From: Patescibacteria group bacterium
Lineage (GTDB): Bacteria; Patescibacteriota; Microgenomatia; UBA10105; UBA927
DNA: 37,246 nt
Reading direction: 5' to 3'
Assembly: GCA_038062795.1 (NCBI GenBank)
Contig: JBBTWM010000013.1
Coordinates: forward strand, 1-37,246
Part shown: positions 7,405 through 15,626 of the stretch, in pieces
How the letters are laid out: each line of letters begins with the position of its first letter
How positions within the stretch are numbered: the stretch's first letter is position 1
Notes under the pieces: generated by a model
The model's input: only the letters and a program-made list of their open reading frames with translations
Told to the model about the DNA's origin: nothing
Database searches by the model: none
Position numbers and translations under genes: made by a program

Positions 7405-8592
7405 ATGGATGCAATTGAAGAATTACTGACTCGTGGAGTCGAAAATATTATCCCGAACAAAGAAAAGCTTCGCTCGCTGCTTGCCAGCGGCAAAAAGCTG
7501 AATGTGTATTTGGGCATTGACCCCACAGCCACCCAGATCCACATAGGACATGCAGTCCCCTTGAGGAAACTCAACGCATTCGCCGAGCTCGGACATAACG
7601 TCACATTTTTGATCGGCGACTTTACCGCGCTTATCGGCGATACCTCCGACAAAGATGCGGAACGGCCGGTACTAACCAGTGAACAAATCAGGACCAACTT
7701 TGAAACGTATAAAAAGCAGGCAGAAAAAGTCCTGGATTTTTCTAAGGTAATGGTCAAATTCAACAGCGAATGGCTTCAGAAACTGGCATTTGCGGACATT
7801 GTGAAACTTGCCCAGCATTTTTCTGCCGGGGAATTTGTCAGCCGGGAACTTATCAAAAAGCGTCTCACGGAGGGCAAAAAAGTAGGACTTCATGAATTGC
7901 TGTACCCCGTCATGCAGGGATACGACAGTTACTATATGGATACGGATATCCAGCTGGGAGGAACGGATCAAACGTTTAACATGCAGGCTGGCCGCATTTT
8001 ACAAAAAGATCTCCGTACCAAAGAGTCGTTTATCATCGCCAACGGATTCCTGGAAGGGACCGACGGCAGAAAAATGAGTAAAAGCTGGGGGAATGCCATT
8101 TGGTTAACCGATGAACCCAATGAAATGTTCGGGAAAGTGATGTCGTTACGGGATGAATTAATTATTCAATACTTTACCTTGGCGACAAATGTTTCTATGG
8201 ACGATATCGAAACGGTAAAGAAACGCTTGGCAGATAAAGAAAACCCCATGGTGTTAAAAAAAGAACTCGCGCGCCTCTTGGTGAAAGAGCTCCATTCTCC
8301 TCAAGCGGCTGACTCCGCCAATCAGGAATTTGAAACACGGTTTCAAAAAGGACAGATAGCACAGTCCGACTTGCCAAAGGTTTCCCTCAATACGCTCAAA
8401 ACGGGCAGCCCCATCGCTGATACTCTTGTTGCGTTCGGCCTGGCTTCGAGTAAGTCAGAGGCCAAGCGCCTCGTGGAGCAAAAAGCAGTAAAAATAAACG
8501 GCGTTCCCGCACAACTTTCCAAGACTCCGGTACCACTGCACCCCGGGGATACTATTGAAGTCGGGAGAAAAGCTGTTACAATAACAACATAA
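7405..8592 (+). CDS. tyrS: Tyrosyl-tRNA synthetase with C-terminal S4-like domain
   Basis: HIGH motif (IHIGHAVPL), KMSKS motif (GRKMSKSWGNAIW), and C-terminal S4-like LASSKSEAKRLVEQKAVKING. AAAGGAG SD at 7393-7399 precedes ATG 7405. Confidence 0.95.
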   Translation: MDAIEELLTRGVENIIPNKEKLRSLLASGKKLNVYLGIDPTATQIHIGHAVPLRKLNAFAELGHNVTFLIGDFTALIGDTSDKDAERPVLTSEQIRTNFETYKKQAEKVLDFSKVMVKFNSEWLQKLAFADIVKLAQHFSAGEFVSRELIKKRLTEGKKVGLHELLYPVMQGYDSYYMDTDIQLGGTDQTFNMQAGRILQKDLRTKESFIIANGFLEGTDGRKMSKSWGNAIWLTDEPNEMFGKVMSLRDELIIQYFTLATNVSMDDIETVKKRLADKENPMVLKKELARLLVKELHSPQAADSANQEFETRFQKGQIAQSDLPKVSLNTLKTGSPIADTLVAFGLASSKSEAKRLVEQKAVKINGVPAQLSKTPVPLHPGDTIEVGRKAVTITT

Positions 8593-8593
8593 T

Positions 8594-8704
8594 ATGAACT
8601 TTTTTCGAAAACACGAAAAAGTGTGGAAAGTGATCGTCATCATTTCGACTATCGCGCTGATCGCGACCTCCTTCGTGCCACTGCTAGCTGGCGGACTACA
8701 GTAA
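8594..8704 (+). CDS. Small membrane protein (36 aa, MNFFRKHEKVWKVIVIISTIALIATSFVPLLAGGLQ); not in the ORF track
   Basis: The ATG lies 1 nt after the tyrS stop. A basic N-terminus is followed by one clear TM helix. The ORF fills the tyrS-recG spacer exactly. Confidence 0.4.
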   Translation: MNFFRKHEKVWKVIVIISTIALIATSFVPLLAGGLQ

Positions 8705-8719
8705 GCGTATACTTATTCC

Positions 8720-10780
8720 ATGGAATTGACCCTCGATTCTCCCGTGCAATACGTTCCTCGAGTCGGCCCCCGCATGGCCACCCTCCTCAAAAAACTCGGC
8801 ATAGAAACGGTCTACAACCTGCTTACCTACGTTCCGTTCCGCTATAACGATTATTCGCTCGTCTCCTCAGCATCGGTCGTTCGTCCCGGTGAAACAGTGA
8901 CCGTCATCGGCGTACTGGAATACATCCGCACATTTATGACCAAAAACGGCAAACGACTCGTCATGGGACGCATTCGCGATGAAAGCGGACACATTGATCT
9001 TATGTGGTTTAACCAATCCTACCTGGTTAAGATTCTCAAAGAAGGGGACACCCTGAGCGCTTCGGGAAAAGTTGACTGGTTTGGCCAAAAAATCGTACTC
9101 ACGTCACCCGAGTACGAAGTGTTGCAGGCCTCCGCGGACCGACAGACGAGCTTGCACACCGGCAGACTCGTCCCGGTGTATTCGGAAACAAGCGGTCTTT
9201 CTTCAAAATGGCTTCGCGGCAGAATAGCATACGTCCTGGAACAAAGTTTACCTTTGGTGCAGGAACAACTTCCGGATGAAATTCTTCGGGTACAGCATTT
9301 GATGGGACTTCGGGAAGCGATACAAACCATTCACTTTCCGCCGACCCTTGAAGCCGCACGTCTTGCCCGGGAACGGCTGGCGTTTGACGAATTGTTTATG
9401 CTCGTGCTTCGTGCACAACAACAGAAGCTGGCGTGGAAAACGACACTCCGGAGCCTCTCATTCAGAGTAAACGCTGAGCAAAAAAATACATTTATTACCC
9501 ATCTTCCGTTTACTCTGACTCCCGATCAAGTGACCGCCATCAACGAGTGCCTCACGGATATGGAGCAGTCGGTTCCCATGAACAGATTACTCGAAGGCGA
9601 CGTGGGAGCCGGAAAAACGGTGGTAGCAGCCGCAGGCATGTATGCCGCCTGGTGTCAGGGTATAAGTTCGGTATTACTTGCTCCGACACAAATACTTGCT
9701 GCTCAGCATGCCGCGACATTACGAAACATTCTGGAAAAGCCGCACGGTATTCCGGTTTATTTACTGCTTGGCGGCTCATCGAAAAAAAATGCAAATCAAA
9801 CCCTTGCCGGACCGGGAATATTCGTGGGCACCCATGCGTTACTTGAACCCAGCGTAAACCTTCCTCCTTTGGGACTTATCGTGATAGACGAACAACAACG
9901 GTTCGGAGTACGTCAGCGGGCAATTCTACGGCAACAAACGGACAGCAAAGACATGGCGCATCAACTCACCATGACCGCTACCCCGATACCCCGCACCATT
10001 GCCCAAACCGTTTTCGGAAATCTTGATATGAGCGTGCTGCGCACATTACCCACCGGCCGCAAACCGGTGAAAACCTGGGTAGTTCCCAAAGAAAAACGGA
10101 TGGCGGCCTACGAATGGATAAAAAAAGAACTTACCACGACCCATTCCCAGGCGTTTATTATTTGTCCCTTCATTGATGAAAGCGAAACGCTCAAGACCGT
10201 CAAAGCAGCCACTTCGGAATTTGCAGTACTCAAAACAATTTTTGCGCCGCTTCGGGTAAATTTGCTGCATGGACGCATGAAAAATGAAGAAAAGACCAAA
10301 GCACTAGAACGCTTACATGACCGGAAAGACGACATCTTGGTCGCAACCCCGGTTGTCGAGGTCGGTATTGATATCCCTGAAGCAACAATTATGGTTATTG
10401 AAGCCGCTGAGCGGTTCGGTTTATCACAGCTTCACCAACTACGGGGGAGAGTGGGAAGACGCGAGAAGTCCTCATACTGTTTGTTATTTACGGAGCAGGA
10501 ATCTCCTGAGGTGATAACCCGACTCAAAGCACTGGAAACAGAGCATAGCGGACCGCTTCTGGCTGAGCTGGATCTTGCCCTCCGGGGGCCGGGAGAGCTC
10601 TTTGGGACGCGCCAACACGGGCTACCCGGTTTTACCCTCGCAACGCTTTCTGATACCAAACTCGTCGATCGGGTGAAACGGGCGGTAACAAGCCTGACGC
10701 GTGTCGATCCGCAGTTAACCAGGTTTCCCCTCTTGAGAGAACGGCTTGAGGAGAGTAAAATAGAGAGCATCCAGTCGTAA
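8720..10780 (+). CDS. recG: ATP-dependent DNA helicase RecG
   Basis: 686 aa. N-terminal wedge/OB region, then helicase motifs GDVGAGKT (Walker A), DEQQRFG (DEQH-type motif II), TATPIPRT and QLRGRVGR. Confidence 0.95.
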   Translation: MELTLDSPVQYVPRVGPRMATLLKKLGIETVYNLLTYVPFRYNDYSLVSSASVVRPGETVTVIGVLEYIRTFMTKNGKRLVMGRIRDESGHIDLMWFNQSYLVKILKEGDTLSASGKVDWFGQKIVLTSPEYEVLQASADRQTSLHTGRLVPVYSETSGLSSKWLRGRIAYVLEQSLPLVQEQLPDEILRVQHLMGLREAIQTIHFPPTLEAARLARERLAFDELFMLVLRAQQQKLAWKTTLRSLSFRVNAEQKNTFITHLPFTLTPDQVTAINECLTDMEQSVPMNRLLEGDVGAGKTVVAAAGMYAAWCQGISSVLLAPTQILAAQHAATLRNILEKPHGIPVYLLLGGSSKKNANQTLAGPGIFVGTHALLEPSVNLPPLGLIVIDEQQRFGVRQRAILRQQTDSKDMAHQLTMTATPIPRTIAQTVFGNLDMSVLRTLPTGRKPVKTWVVPKEKRMAAYEWIKKELTTTHSQAFIICPFIDESETLKTVKAATSEFAVLKTIFAPLRVNLLHGRMKNEEKTKALERLHDRKDDILVATPVVEVGIDIPEATIMVIEAAERFGLSQLHQLRGRVGRREKSSYCLLFTEQESPEVITRLKALETEHSGPLLAELDLALRGPGELFGTRQHGLPGFTLATLSDTKLVDRVKRAVTSLTRVDPQLTRFPLLRERLEESKIESIQS

Positions 10781-10782
10781 CT

Positions 10783-10986
10783 ATGACACCACTACCAAAA
10801 CGAAGACACAGTACGAGACGCCAAGGCAAACGTGACGCAAGCATCCGGATGAAGTTGCCGGGGCTGTTAGTGTGTAGTAACTGCGGCAAACCGCGCGTTT
10901 CCCATCGTGCATGTAAATTCTGCGGCTTCTATGCGGGCAAAGCTGTCGTTACCCAAAAAGTGAAAAAAGCAAAAAAGAGTGCATAA
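10783..10986 (+). CDS. rpmF: 50S ribosomal protein L32 (zinc-ribbon form)
   Basis: MTPLPKRRHSTRRQGKRD N-terminus and CSNCG..CKFCG zinc ribbon. Confidence 0.9.
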   Translation: MTPLPKRRHSTRRQGKRDASIRMKLPGLLVCSNCGKPRVSHRACKFCGFYAGKAVVTQKVKKAKKSA

Positions 10987-11066
10987 GGTACTCGTTTGTT
11001 GATACTTGCTCATTGGCATCACATACCAATGGACGATTATCAAGGAACCGTTATCCCGCAGGCTTC

Positions 11067-11429
11067 ATGAAAACCGCAAATGACCCTCGCCATCAAAAAC
11101 GTATTACGAGGATGCAACAATTATTCAGCTACAGCTTCCGGCAAACCCGTCCGCATGCGGAAACCGCACCGATTATTGATGAGCTTACCGGGATTGACCG
11201 GTTTATAGAAAAAGCCGCGCCGGAGTGGCCGCTTGCGAAAATTGCGAAAATTGATCTTGCTATCTTGAGACTTGCCGTTTGGGAGCTTATGTTTGAAGCA
11301 GCGAACCCAAAAAAGGTTGTCATCGATGAAGCAGTTGAACTGGGTAAATCATTTGGTAATGAGCATAGCGCCAAATTTATTAATGGTGTTTTAGGCACTA
11401 TTATAAAAGAAGCTGATACCTCCGTATGA
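11067..11429 (+). CDS. nusB: Transcription antitermination factor NusB
   Basis: RHQKRITRMQQLFSY, then DLAILRLAVWEL and AKFINGVLG, which are typical NusB helices. The first ATG is at 11067; the track's upstream start is TTG. Confidence 0.85.
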   Translation: MKTANDPRHQKRITRMQQLFSYSFRQTRPHAETAPIIDELTGIDRFIEKAAPEWPLAKIAKIDLAILRLAVWELMFEAANPKKVVIDEAVELGKSFGNEHSAKFINGVLGTIIKEADTSV

Positions 11430-12112
11430 CCTTAGATGAGTTACAGGCAAAAATCGGCGTGACGTTCAAAAACAGCGACCTCTTACAACAGGCGTTTATT
11501 CATCGGTCACATCTGAATGAATCCAAGGAATACAAAGAGTCCAATGAGCGCCTGGAATTTTTGGGCGATGCAGTCCTGTCATTTATTACCTCCCAATATC
11601 TCTATACAACCTATCCGAAATTCCCTGAAGGAACACTGACCAACATCCGCTCAACTCTGGTGAAAACCAAAAGTTTAGGCACGGTCGCTTCTGAATTAGG
11701 TCTCGGAACATTGCTGCTCCTGAGCCGGGGAGAAGAATCTTCCGGAGGACGGGTAAACGAATCACTCCTGGCAGACAGTTTTGAAGCGTTGTTAGGGGCG
11801 ATATTTCTGGATTCCGGTATCGACGCAGCCAGGCAATTTCTCATTGGCCATCTTCTGTACAAAGCAGAGACGATTATAGAAACCAAAAGCTACGTCGATT
11901 TCAAGAGCTTACTTCAGGAACTGACGCAGGAAAAAACGAAAGCGTCCCCAATATACCGGGTTACCAAAAGCGAAGGACCTGATCATAATAAAACGTTTTG
12001 GGTGGAGGTCGGAACCGGTGACACCGTTTTGGGGAGTGGTATCGGAAAATCCAAGCAGGAAGCAGAACAGTATGCGGCGCAGAATGCGCTTGAGAAGAGC
12101 GGGGATATCTGA
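11426..12112 (+). CDS. rnc: Ribonuclease III
   Basis: Catalytic signature NERLEFLGDAVL, ADSFEALLGAIFLD, and a C-terminal dsRBD (DHNKTFWVEV...GKSKQEAEQYAAQNAL). ATGA overlap with nusB. Confidence 0.95.
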   Translation: MTLDELQAKIGVTFKNSDLLQQAFIHRSHLNESKEYKESNERLEFLGDAVLSFITSQYLYTTYPKFPEGTLTNIRSTLVKTKSLGTVASELGLGTLLLLSRGEESSGGRVNESLLADSFEALLGAIFLDSGIDAARQFLIGHLLYKAETIIETKSYVDFKSLLQELTQEKTKASPIYRVTKSEGPDHNKTFWVEVGTGDTVLGSGIGKSKQEAEQYAAQNALEKSGDI

Positions 12113-12127
12113 TAGAATAAGGCTTCT

Positions 12128-12361
12128 ATGGTAAAGATTCGCCTCGCACAATTCGGGTCCAAAAATAGACGCACGTTTCGTATCGTGGCCATTGACGAAA
12201 GCAAGCGCAGAAACGGAACTCCCGTGGAAACACTGGGATTTTACAACCCGTTAGTCAAACCTGCTCAATTTTCTATTGACCGTGAACGGCTTACCTTTTG
12301 GCAATCACAGGGCGCACAGGTGACGACGGGAGTTTCCCGCTTACTCGAAAAAACTTCATGA
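12128..12361 (+). CDS. rpsP: 30S ribosomal protein S16
   Basis: MVKIRLAQFGSKNRRTFRIVAIDESKRRNG...LGFYNP is canonical S16. Confidence 0.95.
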   Translation: MVKIRLAQFGSKNRRTFRIVAIDESKRRNGTPVETLGFYNPLVKPAQFSIDRERLTFWQSQGAQVTTGVSRLLEKTS

Positions 12362-12603
12362 AAGATACACTCGATTTTTTGATTCGTTCCCTTGTTGATC
12401 ACCCGGAGAGCATCGTCATCGACGAACGCGTCGACGGAGAGGCAACGATTCTAACCATTCACACACACGCCGAGGATATCGGAAAAGTCATAGGCAAAAG
12501 CGGGCGCATCATCCGGGCACTACGGGATCTTATGAAAGTAATTGCCGCCAAACGGAATATCTACGTCGACATCGAGATAGCAGAAAGTGCACCCCAAGAG
12601 TGA
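12358..12603 (+). CDS. KH-domain RNA-binding protein (YlqC-like)
   Basis: GKVIGKSGRIIRALRDL is a GxxG KH motif. The position between rpsP and trmD is conserved. ATGA overlap with the rpsP stop. Confidence 0.85.
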   Translation: MKDTLDFLIRSLVDHPESIVIDERVDGEATILTIHTHAEDIGKVIGKSGRIIRALRDLMKVIAAKRNIYVDIEIAESAPQE

Positions 12604-12606
12604 GCT

Positions 12607-13311
12607 ATGCGAATCTCCATTATCACGCTTTTCCCGGAAATGTTTTCTGGAGTATTTGATTTCTCGATCACAAAACGTGCAGTATCAAAACAGCTTCTTG
12701 ATATCCGATATATCCAGCTTCGTGATTTTGCCAGTGACGCATACGGATCGGTCGATGACCATCCATATGGTGGGGGGGTCGGCATGGTACTTCGTGTTGA
12801 CGTTGTCGACAAAGCAATCCGGCATGCCCGGGCATCCCAACCTACCGGGAGTACCCGCGTCATCCTGCTCGACCCGCAAGGACACAGCTATACACAACAA
12901 AAAGCACGGGAGCTCGCCAAGATAGACCACGTGATATTGCTCTGTGGCCATTATGAAGGGGTTGACGAACGCGTCCGGAGTCTCGTGGACGAGGAATTGT
13001 CGATCGGAGATTATATACTGACCGGCGGAGAGATTCCTGCTATGGTGGTTACTGACTCAGTAACCCGTCTTATCCACGGAGTATTAAAGCCAGATGCGAC
13101 AACGAATGAGTCATTTGAATCGTCACTTCTCGAGTATCCCCAATATACCAGACCGGATAGCTATGACGGAAAAACAGTTCCCCTGGAATTAAAGTCAGGC
13201 AATCATGCGGCCATAGAGACGTGGAAAAATCAAAAAGCATTGCAACGAACCAAAAACCGCAGACCGGATCTTCTTAGGGAGAAAAAGGACTCTCCTTCAC
13301 ACGCCCGATAA
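12607..13311 (+). CDS. trmD: tRNA (guanine37-N1)-methyltransferase
   Basis: MRISIITLFPEMF N-terminus, LLCGHYEGVDERV and SIGDYILTGGEIPAMV (SPOUT knot motifs). Confidence 0.95.
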   Translation: MRISIITLFPEMFSGVFDFSITKRAVSKQLLDIRYIQLRDFASDAYGSVDDHPYGGGVGMVLRVDVVDKAIRHARASQPTGSTRVILLDPQGHSYTQQKARELAKIDHVILLCGHYEGVDERVRSLVDEELSIGDYILTGGEIPAMVVTDSVTRLIHGVLKPDATTNESFESSLLEYPQYTRPDSYDGKTVPLELKSGNHAAIETWKNQKALQRTKNRRPDLLREKKDSPSHAR

Positions 13312-14014
13312 GCGGGGGAGGCAAGTCGCCATTATCCTGAGTAATGAGCGGTAACTCTCCAAGCTGGGTAATAATCACGTCATCGGCTGCAGAAAGGGCG
13401 GGAAGCAAAGTTATAGCGGTTCCTAAGCTGGTCGGCAACGGCTCATAAAACGCATCCATTTCTATCGCGACCGTGAGTGGCCGAACATCACGGGGGAACG
13501 CTATAGAGAACGTACGGATACGAAGCAATCTCCGCACCTTTGGCGCGAGCGCAATAAACTGCTGGACTGCCGGTAACGAACCGCTGATGGTCACAGAGAA
13601 CGGAACGGTTCTTGTTCCCAGCTTCTTATCGGCTGCAGAAACTTTCGTGGCAGATGGGGTCGCAAGCGTTGTACCCCCGGTAAGATGCATTTGCTCAACG
13701 TTGACTCCGGACTGAATTGCAATTCCTTCAATCGTTTCAAAAAGCGTGGGAAACGACCGTTCGGCGGGAACAGCAGAGAGTACAATCGTCAGCTGACGCC
13801 GGAGCGTTTCTTCATCCAGATTTGTTAAGGCATCAAGTTTTTTCTGCAACCCTGTTGTTTGTCCTGATATTTCACGAATTTCCCCGGCGAGTTCCTGTAC
13901 CTTCAGCAAAGAAGGGGCCACGCCAAACACCGTACCAATAAGACAAAACACCAGAAGGGAGGCGGAAACAATGACGCTCTGATAGGTTCTGATAAATTTA
14001 TCAATAGGCTTCAT
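13274..14014 (-). CDS. PilO-like type IV pilus alignment protein (bitopic, coiled-coil)
   Basis: One N-terminal TM helix (VIVSASLLVFCLIGTVFGV) followed by a coiled-coil (LLKVQELAGEIREISGQTTGLQKKLDALTNL). It is the last gene after pilM-pilN. The call rests on topology and position. Confidence 0.55.
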   Translation of the reverse strand: MKPIDKFIRTYQSVIVSASLLVFCLIGTVFGVAPSLLKVQELAGEIREISGQTTGLQKKLDALTNLDEETLRRQLTIVLSAVPAERSFPTLFETIEGIAIQSGVNVEQMHLTGGTTLATPSATKVSAADKKLGTRTVPFSVTISGSLPAVQQFIALAPKVRRLLRIRTFSIAFPRDVRPLTVAIEMDAFYEPLPTSLGTAITLLPALSAADDVIITQLGELPLITQDNGDLPPPLIGRVKESPFSP

Positions 14015-14018
14015 ACGC

Positions 14019-14561
14019 TTAAAGAGCCGGGTGAAATGACAGGCTTAGCTGGACAATACCGTCTTCCTTAAATACGAACGAAATAAGTTGTGGCGAGCGA
14101 AGCATTTTTTCATCCGCAAGCGAAATTGTGTTTGACACGACCACTACTGCCTCATCAATACTGCCGAGGTATATATTTGCGGTAACCCTGCCGGATTCTT
14201 CGATACTCAGTGCGTTATAATTTGCCTCACTTGCTATCAAACCGAGTAGCGTAAACAGCTTGCCCCAAGGTTTGGCAGCATCCAACGCTTTCCCGGCAAT
14301 GCCGGTCCGTTCCTTGAGAGACAGGAGAATGCCCTCTTTGACCGTCTGGAGATTAATCTGTTTGGTAAGCTCGATTTTCCTGCTTTCCAGCGTCTTCATT
14401 CGCGAACTCATTACCAGGAAACTTATGCCGATGGTAAGACCTGCCACGAATAATAGTCCCAAAAACCATCCGGTGGCTATACGCAGTTTTTCTTCAAGAA
14501 ATGCTAACTTTCGGAAACTGCTGGCATCTTTTTTAATGAGATTAATTTCTGAATTGCTCAT
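14019..14561 (-). CDS. pilN: PilN-like type IV pilus assembly protein
   Basis: N-terminal EINLIKK (the INLLP-type PilM-binding motif), a TM helix (GWFLGLLFVAGLTIGISFLVM), then a coiled-coil. It lies directly downstream of pilM. Confidence 0.7.
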   Translation of the reverse strand: MSNSEINLIKKDASSFRKLAFLEEKLRIATGWFLGLLFVAGLTIGISFLVMSSRMKTLESRKIELTKQINLQTVKEGILLSLKERTGIAGKALDAAKPWGKLFTLLGLIASEANYNALSIEESGRVTANIYLGSIDEAVVVVSNTISLADEKMLRSPQLISFVFKEDGIVQLSLSFHPAL

Positions 14562-14570
14562 TTGCGCTAC

Positions 14571-15596
14571 CTACTCCCGAAGAGCGAGTCCAACGGAAAC
14601 CGTGAATGTCGCGCCTTCCTTATCCAACACGGCAAACCGCGGATCACGTTTAATACCTACCCACGGGTTGGCAAGTTGCGTTTCAATACCCATGTTTTGT
14701 GCGATATAGACAACCATTCCCGGAAGTTTTGCCGTTCCTCCTGATAATAACGTCACCTCTACCCGTTCGTCTTTATGTTTCTCACTATAGAAGGCGAGTG
14801 CCCGCTTCATTTCTCCTATGATCGTATCCATGATGGGTTTCACCGCGGTTACAATTTTCCCCTGCAATTTATCCTGCTCCAGACCATAGGTCCGTTTAAA
14901 TTCTTCTGCCTGATTCGCATTGAAATCCAATCCAGAAACCAACGCCCGCGATAATGCTTCTCCTCCTGCTGCAATGGAACGGGTGAACGCAAGTACGCCA
15001 CCACGGAGAATTGCAAGGTCAGTCGTCTGTGCTCCGAGGGATACCAAAAGTGCCGCGTTTTTTATGGCTGCCACTGACCGTGACAGCGCTCTGGCTGTGG
15101 CAATAATCTCTGTTTCCGCAGCCACCGGTATAAGTTCAGCCGCTTCAATGATCGTCAAATATTTCTCAAGCAGCGTCTTCGGACTCGCGACTAAAAGTAT
15201 ATCCATTTTGTCCGTACCGGTATCCTTTGCATCACGTAAAATCGAATAATCTAAATTCACCTGATCAAGCGGCAGAGGAATATATTGCTCAGCTTCCCAG
15301 CCTATTGCACTGGATAATTCGCGCTGTGATAATGCAGGTACCTCGATGACGCGCGTGAATACCTGCGATTCCGGCAATGCGAACGCCACCGAACTTGATT
15401 TTGCTCCGGTTTCTTTGATCAACTGCTTGATCGCGTTGGCTATTGCCTGATGATCCGCTTCTAATGAGGATTGCAGCGCTTTCGGTGGGGTCGGAATGCT
15501 ACCCGCAGCAAGCAAATGATGCTCACTACCGGAAGATCCGATTTCTATAAGTTTTATACTATGTGAACCGATATCAAGACCTAAAATGGATTTCAT
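14571..15596 (-). CDS. pilM: PilM, actin-like ATPase of the type IV pilus alignment complex
   Basis: MKSILGLDIGSHSIKLIEIG phosphate-1 motif and LLVSLGAQTTDLAI (second ASKHA motif). 341 aa. Confidence 0.9.
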   Translation of the reverse strand: MKSILGLDIGSHSIKLIEIGSSGSEHHLLAAGSIPTPPKALQSSLEADHQAIANAIKQLIKETGAKSSSVAFALPESQVFTRVIEVPALSQRELSSAIGWEAEQYIPLPLDQVNLDYSILRDAKDTGTDKMDILLVASPKTLLEKYLTIIEAAELIPVAAETEIIATARALSRSVAAIKNAALLVSLGAQTTDLAILRGGVLAFTRSIAAGGEALSRALVSGLDFNANQAEEFKRTYGLEQDKLQGKIVTAVKPIMDTIIGEMKRALAFYSEKHKDERVEVTLLSGGTAKLPGMVVYIAQNMGIETQLANPWVGIKRDPRFAVLDKEGATFTVSVGLALRE

Positions 15597-15603
15597 AGGG
15601 CAG

Positions 15604-15626
15604 TCCAGCCTTCGCGAAAGGCTGGA
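15604..15626 (-). other. Perfect 9-bp intercistronic stem-loop between the pilX-like stop and the pilM start
   Basis: TCCAGCCTT-CGCGA-AAGGCTGGA (plus-strand reading) starts 1 nt after the TAA of the upstream gene and ends 7 nt before the pilM ATG. No U-tract follows on the coding (-) strand. Confidence 0.6.

Noticed and set aside
10987-11066. 6-bp inverted repeat CATTGG-N9-CCAATG upstream of nusB as a regulatory hairpin or terminator after rpmF.
   Set aside because: The stem is short, no T-tract follows, and it overlaps the alternative TTG-initiated N-terminal extension of nusB. The evidence is insufficient.
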